Of a stretch of 35,543 nt of DNA, positions 19,768-29,422 are shown piece after piece. Within the stretch, counting starts at the first letter, position 1. Every line of letters begins with the position of its first letter. The notes beneath the pieces are model-generated. The model worked only from the letters and a program-made list of their open reading frames with translations. It was not told where the DNA came from and did no database searches. This DNA comes from an uncultured virus (IMG/VR IMGVR_UViG_2841629896_000002) (Duplodnaviria > Heunggongvirae > Uroviricota > Caudoviricetes). Made by a program: the position numbers and the translations under genes. The stretch is from the IMG/VR virus record IMGVR_UViG_2841629896_000002. One strand, written 5' to 3'.

Positions 19768-19849
19768 ATAATGGCGCGGGCGCGGCGGGGGCGCCCCTCT
19801 TTAACCATCTCATTTTAAAATTTAAATCTTTTTATAAAGGAATTGTGCT

Positions 19850-20533
19850 ATGCAAAAGAAGTTTGCACTCACAAATGAGACACGTGTATTTAATCATAAA
19901 ACTCTTTATCGCATTAAAGCATTAAAAGACTTTTCTGATGTTAAAGCTGGTCAATTGGGCGGCTTTATTGAAAGTGAAAACAATCTCTCTCATGATGGCA
20001 ACTGCTGGGTATATGATAATGCTCTTGTTTTAAATCCAGCCCATATTTATGAAAATGCCAAGGTTTTTAATAACGCTATTATAATGGGTACTGTTTATGG
20101 CAATGCTCATATCTGTGATCGCGCCCGCGTTTATGCAAATGCTCATGTTTATGACAATGCGCATCTTTCTAATAATGCTTGGGTCTGTGGGCGGGTTTAT
20201 GGCAATGCAAAATTATCAGGAAATGCGCGTATTTATGGCAATGCCGTGGTTTATGATCATGCTGTTATCAGTGGTGCTGCTAAAATTTATGGCAAGGTTT
20301 ATGGCAAGGCTAGCGTGGGTGGGTATACTCAAGTCTACGGTTCTGTTTATGGCAATGCGAAAGTGACTGGTTATCACACCATTAGAGGTTTGGTGCATGG
20401 CAATGCAAGGTTAAAAAGAGATGGTTATTCATATGTCAAACAAAACTTTTACTATGCATATGGGATTCCTGAAGATTGTGAAATTTATGAAAATGATACC
20501 GTTGTAAAGATTAGTGAAAGTAACGCTGCTTAA
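19850..20533 (+). CDS. Hexapeptide-repeat (LbH) protein 2 of array 2
   Basis: Same head motif, YGNA repeats. Confidence 0.85.
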   Translation: MQKKFALTNETRVFNHKTLYRIKALKDFSDVKAGQLGGFIESENNLSHDGNCWVYDNALVLNPAHIYENAKVFNNAIIMGTVYGNAHICDRARVYANAHVYDNAHLSNNAWVCGRVYGNAKLSGNARIYGNAVVYDHAVISGAAKIYGKVYGKASVGGYTQVYGSVYGNAKVTGYHTIRGLVHGNARLKRDGYSYVKQNFYYAYGIPEDCEIYENDTVVKISESNAA

Positions 20534-20612
20534 ATAACGTGCGAGCGCGGCGGGGGCGCCCCCTTTAAAAATCTCATTTTAAAATTTAATCTTCTTATAA
20601 AGGAATTGTGTT

Positions 20613-21143
20613 ATGCAAAAAAAGTTCGCACTCACAAATGAAACGCGTGTATTGGGTAATCATACCCTTTATCGTATCCAAGCATTAAAAGACTTTTCTG
20701 ATGTTAAAGCTGGTGCCTTGGGGGGCTTTATTGAAAGTGAAAGCAACCTCTCTCATGATGGAAATTGCTGGGTCTATGATGATGCCATTGTATTTAAAAA
20801 TGGTCATGTTTATGAAAATGCAAGGGTTTATAACAATGCTATCGTGGCTGGTTATATCTATGGGAATGCCCATGTGTATGGCAAGGCTGCTGTTTCTAAT
20901 AATTCCCATGTCTATGGTAATGCTCATGTCTATGGCAATGCTATTATTTATGATAATGCCTATATTTATGACAATGCTAGGGTTTATGAATACGCTCGTA
21001 TAGCAAATGACGTGCATATTTTTGAAAATGCTCATATCCATGGCATTGCTGTTATTCGTGAAAATGTCGGCGGGTCTACTAAAATAAAAACCTATACTGA
21101 ACGTCTCTCTCCTTATGGCGAGTTAGAAATTGTCTGGGTTTAA
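20613..21143 (+). CDS. Hexapeptide-repeat (LbH) protein 3 of array 2
   Basis: Same head motif, YGNA repeats, distinct C-terminus. Confidence 0.85.
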   Translation: MQKKFALTNETRVLGNHTLYRIQALKDFSDVKAGALGGFIESESNLSHDGNCWVYDDAIVFKNGHVYENARVYNNAIVAGYIYGNAHVYGKAAVSNNSHVYGNAHVYGNAIIYDNAYIYDNARVYEYARIANDVHIFENAHIHGIAVIRENVGGSTKIKTYTERLSPYGELEIVWV

Positions 21144-21249
21144 TCAATAAAGCAGCGGCGGGCGTTGTGGGGGCGCTTGCTTTCAAACCAAATTTTTCCA
21201 TTCCAAATTTTAGAAAACGTTTAACACATTAGATTGTGAGGGTACCCCT

Positions 21250-22029
21250 ATGTGTAAAAAATACGAATTAACCAATCAAATTAAACAAATTAAAGAGAGA
21301 CTTACTAAGCAAATTATAAACCTTTATCGCATTCGGGCTTTAAGGGATTTTGATGATGTCAAGGCGGGTGCTTTAGGTGGTTTTATTGAAAAGGAAGTCA
21401 ACCTATCCCATGATGGCAATTGCTGGGTCTATGATGATGCTTGTGTCTATGGTCATGCCCGTGTTTATGATGATGCAAAAATACGCCATTATTCGCAAGT
21501 CTGTGGTCTGGTTTATGGCAATGCTGAAGTCTATAGTAAGGCTTTTATCTCTCAATATGCAAAGATTTATGATCAGGCTTGTGTTTATGGGAGTGCTCAT
21601 GTGTATGGCAATGTTTATGGCAATGCTCATGTGAGTGGTGCTGCCCGCGTTCTTGCTGATGCTCATATTTATGACCATGCGCATGTTTCTTATGATGCTA
21701 CGGTTTTTAGTTATGCCCGCGTCTATGGTCATGCTAGGGTTTGTGGCTCTGCTTGCATTTATAGCCATGCGAAAATTTATAATTATGCTGTGATTAATGG
21801 TCGTGCAAAGATTTATGGCAAGGTCTATGGCAATGCGCGCGTGGGGGGCTCTTGTGAGATTTATGGCTCTGTTTATGGTAATGCAAAAATCTCACATTGT
21901 GCAACGATCTGGGGGCGTGCTTATGGCAATGCAACAATCAACACAAAAAGCAAAGCAAAGTTAGTTCCTAAAAATTATGAGGTTTATCAAAGCGATAATG
22001 TCGTTAAGATTATTGATAAAACAGAATAA
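21250..22029 (+). CDS. Hexapeptide-repeat (LbH) protein 4 of array 2
   Basis: Near-identical to 1404-2183 beyond about residue 22. Confidence 0.85.
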   Translation: MCKKYELTNQIKQIKERLTKQIINLYRIRALRDFDDVKAGALGGFIEKEVNLSHDGNCWVYDDACVYGHARVYDDAKIRHYSQVCGLVYGNAEVYSKAFISQYAKIYDQACVYGSAHVYGNVYGNAHVSGAARVLADAHIYDHAHVSYDATVFSYARVYGHARVCGSACIYSHAKIYNYAVINGRAKIYGKVYGNARVGGSCEIYGSVYGNAKISHCATIWGRAYGNATINTKSKAKLVPKNYEVYQSDNVVKIIDKTE

Positions 22030-23748
22030 AAATAGGTATGGGGGTGCCTTCTTTATGGCTATAAACCCATCATAAAAGAGAGAATTCATAAAAGAAAGCC
22101 GTGCCAACTGATATGACGCGGCTTTCTAATGTCTATCCTTATGAATCAACCCTAATCAAGGTAATGACACATATATACAAAACATATCTATTACAAGCGC
22201 TCTATTAGAGATATGAAAACTTATCAAAAGGAACGTAAATGATGTATATGATCTTTAATCACTCACTTGAATGAGAGAGCCTATAAGCGCTTTTTGTTAC
22301 TCTCAAACGTATTAATCATAACACCCTCCTTTGTGAGGGGGGTTTTTAAAACAAAGCCCATGATCACAATGCTTCTTTTAAAACGTTTCAATAGACTGAC
22401 CTTAAAATTGAGTTGAGTGAATTGAGTAAAATTGAAACAACTTACATTCTAAAAATCAAAACGCTTTTTAGATTCATCTCAATACAATCAAAAGAAAATG
22501 CATCTTAAATGAATGTCTTATAAAAACGTTCTTTTTACATTTGCAAACGCTGGTTTTTAAAACAAGCTCTCATAAGATAAATAAACAACCGCTTTTATCA
22601 AATGGAAGGTTTTAAAAACTATTATAAACATTAGTTTCAAACGTTTAAACGTTCATTTAGAAAGGCTCTCATAAGCGTATTTTCACTTTTCATTAAATGT
22701 AACTTTTTACAAATAAGCTGGCTCAATTTTGAGTTGGCAAAATCAACCAGCTCAAATTCGAACTCGTTATCTTTAGAATAGAGTATTCTTTAATATTATA
22801 GCTCTTATCTAAAAATTTAGAAAAATCTCATGCCTTATGATGTTACAACGGTTTTGAATTTTACTTGCTTATCTTTGTCTAAAATAGATGCCCTCAAATT
22901 TGAGGAGACCTCTTTTGGTTTCATATTTTAAAACGATAACTTTTAAAACGTTTTTTATACCTGTCTAAGGTATATAGTATTCTACTTCTATGGCATTATG
23001 CGCCTCCATTTTTTTAGGGAAGCGAATATAGTTCTGTTCTTCAAAACTAGCCTGCAATCTATTCATTAAAAGGCTTTTCATTTCATAAGATATAAAAGAC
23101 CTCTTTATCGTTTTCTAAACTTTTAGAAAGCGTTTAAAAGCGATCTTATCCTTAATCCTTTTATGCAATCTTTATAAATTAAACCTATAAGCTTATGACA
23201 GTTTCAAACAGTTAATTTCTTTAATGCCATTTTAAAGGTTTTTCCCAATTGGGGAAAAATTATATGATCTGTATTTTCTATAAATGCGTATCTTTTGATA
23301 CAATTTACCTTATAACAGTTTCAAACGATTACCCTCTTATAGAATGATCTAATATTGCTATAACACTCTTTAGATTTTGCGCTCGCCAATTTTGGCGAAC
23401 GTTAATATGCGATTAACAATCCAATCTTTAAAACAAGCTGTGATCTTTAAACGTATGTTATCGATAATTCCAAACGACTAAATTTTTAAACAATGCGATT
23501 TGTGCTGTGATAAAAACGTATCATAAAATTTATGAACTGTTATGAATGATATCTGCTTTTCATTTCATTTGAACGTTTACATGCGTTATAATATTTGCAC
23601 CATGATTTGCTTTTTATGATCTATTCATACATGGCAATCTTCTATAAAAAATGGTCAAATGAATCACGTATAAAAGTGTGGATTCCTAAGTGGATTCATA
23701 TAAAATAATTTTACATAATATATTGATTTTTCTATATTTTATATAATA
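22030..23748. repeat. ~1.7-kb ORF-free tail, direct repeat of 2184-3826
   Basis: Long identical tracts, e.g. gcaatctattcattaaaaggcttttcatttcataagatataaaa. Confidence 0.85.
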
Positions 23749-23773
23749 TGTGGCGCCGGGTGCTCCAAACACA
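23678..23773. other. attR of element 2: gtggattc x2 (23678, 23690), IHF box (23716-23728), core tgtggcgcc-gggtgct-ccaaacaca
   Basis: Imperfect repeat of attL; sheath frame resumes at 23765. Confidence 0.8.
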
Positions 23774-24436
23774 ACAGATGAAGCAGCCCTTAGCACAGCA
23801 AAGGATTTTGATTCAAAACGCGCTATTCTCATTGACCCGTTTGTAAAGATAAATCGTGATGGCAAAATCATAGAACAGCCCGCGAGTGCAGTGGTTGCTG
23901 GTGTCATTGCCAAAAATGATTTTACTCATGGCTTTTGGCATTCCCCTTCTAATAAAGTGATCAATGGAATTGTGGGAACTGCGCGCCCCATTGATTTTTC
24001 CATTGGTGACAGATCAAGCCGTGCCAACCTTCTCAATGAACAAAACATCACAACCATTATTCGCGAAAATGGCTATCGTCTCTGGGGCAATCGCACACTC
24101 TCAAGCGATACAAAATTTGCTTTTTTATCCGTGGTGCGCACCGCAGATATGATCAATGATGCTATTTTGCGCGGACACCTATGGGCTGTCGACCGCAATA
24201 TCAAAAAAACGTACATGCATGATGTGAGTGAAAGCGTCAATGCTTATTTGCGTGATTTGAAAGCACAAGGCGCTATTCTTGGTGGGCGCTGTACGCCTGA
24301 TCTAGAGCTTAATACAGCAAGCGCCATTGAAAGCGGCAGAGTCTATTTCAATGTGGAATTTACCCCGACAACACCCGCAGAACACATCACGTTCCGTTCA
24401 CAAATCATCAATGATTACCTAGAGGAGATCTTTTAA
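23765..24436 (+). CDS. Tail sheath protein, 3' part
   Basis: PNTTDEAA...GFWHSPSN...GYRLWGNRT...GAILGG...PAEHITF. Confidence 0.92.
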   Translation, partial: PNTTDEAALSTAKDFDSKRAILIDPFVKINRDGKIIEQPASAVVAGVIAKNDFTHGFWHSPSNKVINGIVGTARPIDFSIGDRSSRANLLNEQNITTIIRENGYRLWGNRTLSSDTKFAFLSVVRTADMINDAILRGHLWAVDRNIKKTYMHDVSESVNAYLRDLKAQGAILGGRCTPDLELNTASAIESGRVYFNVEFTPTTPAEHITFRSQIINDYLEEIF

Positions 24437-24942
24437 TGACAGTCCCCGTATTACCAAGAGTTTTGAAATATTTTAACATTTTTGTCGACGGCATTCCCTA
24501 TCAAGCAAAATGTGAAAGTGTCACCCTACCGAATTTGAGTTTGGTCGTTGAGAGTTATCGCGGCGGTGGCATGGATAGCTCCATTGAGGTTGATCTTGGT
24601 CTTGAAACCCTCACGCTTAGCATGACCATTTCTGATTGCTCTCCAGAATTAATGGCACTGTTGGGACGCACAGATGTCGACATCTCATTGCGCAGTTCAA
24701 TGCAAGCACAAGGCACACCCGCAGAAGGTGTTGTCATGACCATGAGAGGACTTTGCAAAGGCTTTGAAATGGCAGAATGGCAACCGGGAGGCAAAGCAAC
24801 TTCTACAGCAACATTCACATTGCAATATTTCAAATATGTCCAGAAAGACGTTGAAATCGTTGAGATAGACGTTCTCAACCTCATCAGAAAATTCAATGGC
24901 GTCAATCAACTCGCAGGCCACAGAGAAAACATAGGATTATAA
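24436..24942 (+). CDS. Major tail tube protein (P2 FII-like)
   Basis: LPRVLKYFNIFVDG, YRGGGM, VEID. Confidence 0.92.
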   Translation: MTVPVLPRVLKYFNIFVDGIPYQAKCESVTLPNLSLVVESYRGGGMDSSIEVDLGLETLTLSMTISDCSPELMALLGRTDVDISLRSSMQAQGTPAEGVVMTMRGLCKGFEMAEWQPGGKATSTATFTLQYFKYVQKDVEIVEIDVLNLIRKFNGVNQLAGHRENIGL

Positions 24943-24943
24943 A

Positions 24944-25231
24944 ATGACTATACAACAAAGTGTTACCCATCAATTGCTTATCCCTATTACCTTTGAAGGA
25001 AAAGAGCACACCACAATTACCTTACAGCGCCCCAAAACAAAAGATTTGCAAGCCATTGATAAAAAAGAAGGTGTAGAGCAAACAATCGCTATGATCGCAC
25101 GCCTTTCTGGATGGCCGCATGAAGCTATCAGTGAACTTGATATCAATGATTTGTCAAGCATTGGAGAGATCTTGGAGTCTTTTATCAAACGGCGGGATAC
25201 CTTGACTGGGAAACCGCCGCAAAACTCATAG
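24944..25231 (+). CDS. Tail assembly chaperone (GpE / FluMu gp41-like)
   Basis: L..PI....ITLQRP..DL...ELDINDL; lies between tube and tape measure. Confidence 0.85.
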   Translation: MTIQQSVTHQLLIPITFEGKEHTTITLQRPKTKDLQAIDKKEGVEQTIAMIARLSGWPHEAISELDINDLSSIGEILESFIKRRDTLTGKPPQNS

Positions 25232-25341
25232 CCGATATCGCCATTGTGTTCCATTGGTCCCTTTCAGAGATGATGGAAATGGAACCACAAGAACTCATAT
25301 TCTGGCGAAAACAAGCAGCAGAAAGGTATAAGACAAAATGA
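25180..25341 (+). CDS. GpE'-like -1 frame extension (IADIAIVFHWSLSEMMEM...ELIFWRKQA)
   Basis: Open -1 frame with the P2 GpE' motif, ending in an ATGA overlap with the tape measure gene. Confidence 0.8.
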   Translation, partial: FYQTAGYLDWETAAKLIADIAIVFHWSLSEMMEMEPQELIFWRKQAAERYKTK

Positions 25342-27473
25342 GTGAAAAAGTTGCCGACGCAAAGGTGAGATTGTCTCTTGAAGACGAACTCACCGCGCCT
25401 CTTAAACGTGTACAAAAGCAATTCGATACGTTGTCAAAAAAATTATCCCATAGTTTGGGTATTCCGCGCTTTTCTGCTGCTGTAAAAAACATGACAAAAA
25501 GTCTTCATGGTGTTCAAAGTGCTCTTGGTACAGCGGCAAGCCGTGCTTCGGTCTTTACCGGTGTCTTAGGGCTTGCTGGTGGGGGGCTTGTGGCAAGTGT
25601 AACCGCCCTCACCATGAAAACCATGCATCTGGGGGATAGTCTTTACCATGCCTCACACCATTTAGGTATGAGTGTTGCATCACTTCAATTATGGGGGGAT
25701 GCAGCCGATAATTCAGGCACTTCTGCCGAGCTTTTTCAACAATCCTTAGCGGTTTTAAATAGGCGTTCGGCACAAGCATATGCCGGACAAAAAAGAGGCA
25801 TGATGGGCTTTGAAGCGCTTGGTATTTCTGTCAAAAATGCTTCTGGCAAACTCAAATCAAATTCTCTCTTACTAGAAGAAATTACCGACAAGATGAGTAA
25901 GATGAAAAATCAAGCACAAAGACAGCACATTGCTGCCTTACTGTTTGGTGGAGATGGTAAAGAGATGGCATCCATGCTCTCACAAGGCATGGCACCCATT
26001 AAAGAGCTGTTTGCAAAGGCGAGAAAAGGAAAATGGCTGATAGGTGCCGATGTTGCACGCTATGCCGCAGATTTAAGTGATAAGCTTGGTGCCTTTAAGA
26101 AAAAAATAGGTGGTATCGCGAGCTTTATTGGCGCACGCTTTATGCCCGTGATCAATGATATGGTTGACGGTTTTTCAAAGTTGATTGATGAAAACCGTGA
26201 CCTCATTCAAACAACCGTTGCGAGCTGGGCTAAAACCTTAAGAAAAGTCTTCCAAGATTTGCTTAATCCTACCTCAGATTTAAGAAAGGGCATCAGTGAT
26301 CTTACAGAGAGGATTAAAGGCTGGTTCCAATGGCTAGAACCTCTGATTGGTGAAATAACTCTTTTCAAGGTGGGACTTGTCGCTCTTGGTTCCTTCATTT
26401 TTGGTCCACTCATTACCGCATTAGCAGCCGTGGGAGCCGCATTTGTTAGCCTTGGCTATGCTATGATGACCACCCCTATCGGTTGGCTCATTGGCGGTAT
26501 TGCAACACTTGCTGTACTCTATAAATATTGGGATAAACTCAATGGCTGGATAGCAGCATCTTTAGCTGTAGTTGGAACAATTCTTATCGGATCATTCATT
26601 GCAGCAATGGTCCCGGCTGCTTCCGCAGTTGCGGGTCTTGCGGTATCTCTTGTAACTTCACTTATTCCAGCAATAACCGCCGTTGGTTCTGCTTTTATAT
26701 CGCTTGGTGTTGCTATCATGACCACACCTATTGGCTGGATAATGGCTGGCATTGCAGCCCTTATTGGAATTGGATATCTGCTTTATAAAAATTGGGACAC
26801 AGTCATAAGCTTTATAAGCAAGTTATGGGATTCTTTTGCGAGCTTATGTAGTAATGTTTTTAATAACCTCTTGGCGCTCTTTAAAAACTTTTCACCACTC
26901 TCTTGGATTTCGAAAAAAATCAATGAACTCATTGAATGGCTGTTCGGTGTCGATTTAATGGAAGCAGGCTCCAATCTGATTGGGGGATTATGGGATGGCA
27001 TAAAAAGCAAATGGAATGCTCTGTCTGACTGGTTTAGCAACCAGACCCAAAAATTAACCAGTTGGATACCTGGCTTTGGAGGAAAAAAATCAGAATTTAA
27101 GGCTACAATCGACAAAACTTCAACGAAGACCATTAAAACCTTTACCAATCAAACCAAAGCCCCTGTCAAAAGAATGCTTGATACAGCCGTGGTTACAAAT
27201 ACCCCCCCTGAAAAACGCAAGAGTGGTTTTAATACAGGGGGCGTTGAAACAAGGCATATGGAAGCTCCAAATGCAAAAGTGGGTTCCCTCAAAGCTCCCA
27301 AGCCCATTACCGTTCATAAGCCGATAGAAATCGATGCCCGCGTGATGATTTCAAATTTAAATATTTCCGTCCCCAATGGTCTTAAAGATGAAATCCGCGC
27401 CGCCGTTAACCAAGCCCTTGAACGCTATGCCAAACAGCAACGCTTGGCTATAGCCTCTAGCCTTTCGGATTAA
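25338..27473 (+). CDS. Tail tape measure protein
   Basis: 711 aa, helical, TTPIGW hydrophobic repeats, W-periodic C-terminal part; synteny. Confidence 0.88.
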   Translation: MSEKVADAKVRLSLEDELTAPLKRVQKQFDTLSKKLSHSLGIPRFSAAVKNMTKSLHGVQSALGTAASRASVFTGVLGLAGGGLVASVTALTMKTMHLGDSLYHASHHLGMSVASLQLWGDAADNSGTSAELFQQSLAVLNRRSAQAYAGQKRGMMGFEALGISVKNASGKLKSNSLLLEEITDKMSKMKNQAQRQHIAALLFGGDGKEMASMLSQGMAPIKELFAKARKGKWLIGADVARYAADLSDKLGAFKKKIGGIASFIGARFMPVINDMVDGFSKLIDENRDLIQTTVASWAKTLRKVFQDLLNPTSDLRKGISDLTERIKGWFQWLEPLIGEITLFKVGLVALGSFIFGPLITALAAVGAAFVSLGYAMMTTPIGWLIGGIATLAVLYKYWDKLNGWIAASLAVVGTILIGSFIAAMVPAASAVAGLAVSLVTSLIPAITAVGSAFISLGVAIMTTPIGWIMAGIAALIGIGYLLYKNWDTVISFISKLWDSFASLCSNVFNNLLALFKNFSPLSWISKKINELIEWLFGVDLMEAGSNLIGGLWDGIKSKWNALSDWFSNQTQKLTSWIPGFGGKKSEFKATIDKTSTKTIKTFTNQTKAPVKRMLDTAVVTNTPPEKRKSGFNTGGVETRHMEAPNAKVGSLKAPKPITVHKPIEIDARVMISNLNISVPNGLKDEIRAAVNQALERYAKQQRLAIASSLSD

Positions 27474-27478
27474 ACATC

Positions 27479-27859
27479 ATGATGTTAGCTTTGGGTAGTT
27501 TTATCTTTTCCATTGAAACGGCCGCTTATCAAACCCTTGACATGTCTTATGGTGTTCCATGGGTCGAGCAAGGGCGTTTGGGGCGCAAAGCAGCACTTCA
27601 ATTGCTTGCCGTTGCAAATGCGGAATTTTCTTTAACCGGTGTGATCTATCCAGATTTTAAAGGCGGTTATAGACAACTGGAATATTTGCGACAAATGGCA
27701 CATAATGGTCCTCATATTCTTGTGACGGGTCAGGGAAAAATTTTAGGAAAGTTTGTCATTCTTTCTGTAGAAGAAAAGCAAAGCATTTTTCACCAAAATG
27801 GGACCCCAAAAAAACAAGAATTTACAATAAAATTGAGAGAATATGGTGAAGAGCTATGA
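27479..27859 (+). CDS. P2 GpU-like tail protein
   Basis: MMLALGSFIFS..TAAYQ...G.FVI...EFTIKL. Confidence 0.88.
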   Translation: MMLALGSFIFSIETAAYQTLDMSYGVPWVEQGRLGRKAALQLLAVANAEFSLTGVIYPDFKGGYRQLEYLRQMAHNGPHILVTGQGKILGKFVILSVEEKQSIFHQNGTPKKQEFTIKLREYGEEL

Positions 27860-28080
27860 GTGATCTTTACGTGACAAAAGAAGGCGATATGGTTGATGCC
27901 ATTTGCTGGAGATATTATGCCAAGGGTCAACAAGCTCTTGCTGTTGAACACGTTTATGCAGCAAATTTTGGTCTTGCAGACTATGGACCGATTTTAAAAG
28001 CAGGCATCACAATCGTTTTGCCAATCCTCCCCTATCCCAAAGCCACACCGGTGATTAGAATTTGGGGCAGCCAATCATGA
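27856..28080 (+). CDS. P2 tail protein X-like
   Basis: GDMVDAICWRYY...AAN.GLAD.GPIL.AG..I.LP...RIW. Confidence 0.9.
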   Translation: MSDLYVTKEGDMVDAICWRYYAKGQQALAVEHVYAANFGLADYGPILKAGITIVLPILPYPKATPVIRIWGSQS

Positions 28081-29384
28081 AACCTTTTTGCACAGTAATG
28101 GCAAATGGAGAAGATATTACACGCATACTTATGGACTATGTTTTGTCGATTGAAATTACGGATGAAGCAGAAGATAAAAGCGACCGCATCACCATAGAAC
28201 TTGATGACCGCGCGCGTGAGAGCGACAATGGCTTTCTTGATATTCCTCTCATCGGAACAATCATTTCTGTCACACTTGGCTATGAAGGCGGTAAAAATCG
28301 GGATATGGGAGCCTATCTGATTGATGAAATCTCTGTAAGCAGCCCCCCACAAAGCTTAAGCGTGACAGGACGCGCCGCCTCCATGAACACGTCTTATAGA
28401 ACACCCAAAAGCCAATCCTATCACCAGCAAACCCTTGGCAATATCATTCAAGAGATAGCACAGCGCAATGGCTATACCCCCAAAGTTGATCCTGCTCTTG
28501 CAAAAATTGTTGTGCGTCACATTGATCAAACTTCTGAGAGCGATATGGCTTTTGCCACACGCCTTGCAGAAGACTATGATGCGGTAGCAAAACCCGTTGA
28601 TGGCAAGCTTGTTTTGGCTAAACGGGGTGAAGGCAAAGCCATCACTGGTGAAACACTGCCCGTCGTTGTCATCCATGAAAAACAATGTACCTCTTGGGAT
28701 TTTAAATACAGTGCACGCGATGAAGCAGGTGCCGCCAATGGCTTAGCAACAGATGCAGGAGATGACCAAAAAGCCGCCGCTGATGCACGAGAACCAGAAG
28801 AAGTTGATGACAGCGAAGATGTGATCCATATGGATAAAAGTGACGCCCCCAATTTGCCTAAAGCAGAGACGGAAGCCAAAACACCTGAAAATCAAGAGCA
28901 AGAAGAAGAGAAAAAGGGCGGTGTACTTGCCACCTATCATGATATCCGCACTGGTGAAAAAAAGGAAGTCAAGGTTGGTCAAGCACCGTTTCATGAACTC
29001 AAATACACCTACCACAATCAATCAGAAGCTGTTGCGGCTATTGCTGCTTATCGCAACAAATCATCACGTGGGAAATCTTCTTTCTCATGTGATATTGGTG
29101 GTGATCCCTTTGTGCAAGCAGAAGCAAAGCTTGTTCATGAGCCCCCTTTCCGCCCCTATATTCCAGCAGAATGGCGCATCAAAAGCGTCAAACACAAGCT
29201 TGATAAAACAGGTGGTTACACCACAAAAATAGATTGTGAACTTTTTGATGAAACCCAAGAAGACGCTGCAAAAAACGTAGCCAATACCACACCAGATAAA
29301 GATGATACCCTTGATCCAAACGCCCCACCTAACGCATGTGATGAAGGCGAAGGCGTTATCCATATGGACGAGGAAGATAGATAA
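28077..29384 (+). CDS. P2 GpD-like baseplate hub (late control D family)
   Basis: TD...KSD..I.LDD, LGY, HIDQTSESD..F.TRLA; ATGA-coupled start at 28077. Confidence 0.9.
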   Translation: MKPFCTVMANGEDITRILMDYVLSIEITDEAEDKSDRITIELDDRARESDNGFLDIPLIGTIISVTLGYEGGKNRDMGAYLIDEISVSSPPQSLSVTGRAASMNTSYRTPKSQSYHQQTLGNIIQEIAQRNGYTPKVDPALAKIVVRHIDQTSESDMAFATRLAEDYDAVAKPVDGKLVLAKRGEGKAITGETLPVVVIHEKQCTSWDFKYSARDEAGAANGLATDAGDDQKAAADAREPEEVDDSEDVIHMDKSDAPNLPKAETEAKTPENQEQEEEKKGGVLATYHDIRTGEKKEVKVGQAPFHELKYTYHNQSEAVAAIAAYRNKSSRGKSSFSCDIGGDPFVQAEAKLVHEPPFRPYIPAEWRIKSVKHKLDKTGGYTTKIDCELFDETQEDAAKNVANTTPDKDDTLDPNAPPNACDEGEGVIHMDEEDR

Positions 29385-29422
29385 GCCAAATTAGCAAAAA
29401 TGTAAAAAATCTCGAAAGCCGC

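Larger units (their letters stand above)
8200..23764 (+). mobile_element. Satellite-like integrative element 2 inserted in the tail sheath gene
   Basis: int-AlpA-YfjI core, defence cargo, att cores at both ends, split target gene. Confidence 0.9.

Noticed and set aside
18970..22029. LbH arrays as a CRISPR array or diversity-generating retroelement
   Set aside because: Spacers are whole genes; no cas or reverse transcriptase in the window and no template/variable repeat pair evident.
26400..26800. Duplicated TTPIGW segment in tape measure
   Set aside because: Internal repeats are normal for tape measure proteins.
7660..29384. Stand-alone tailocin or gene transfer agent
   Set aside because: Linked integrase, att, antirepressors and lysis genes favour a prophage; head genes are presumably upstream and cannot be seen here.
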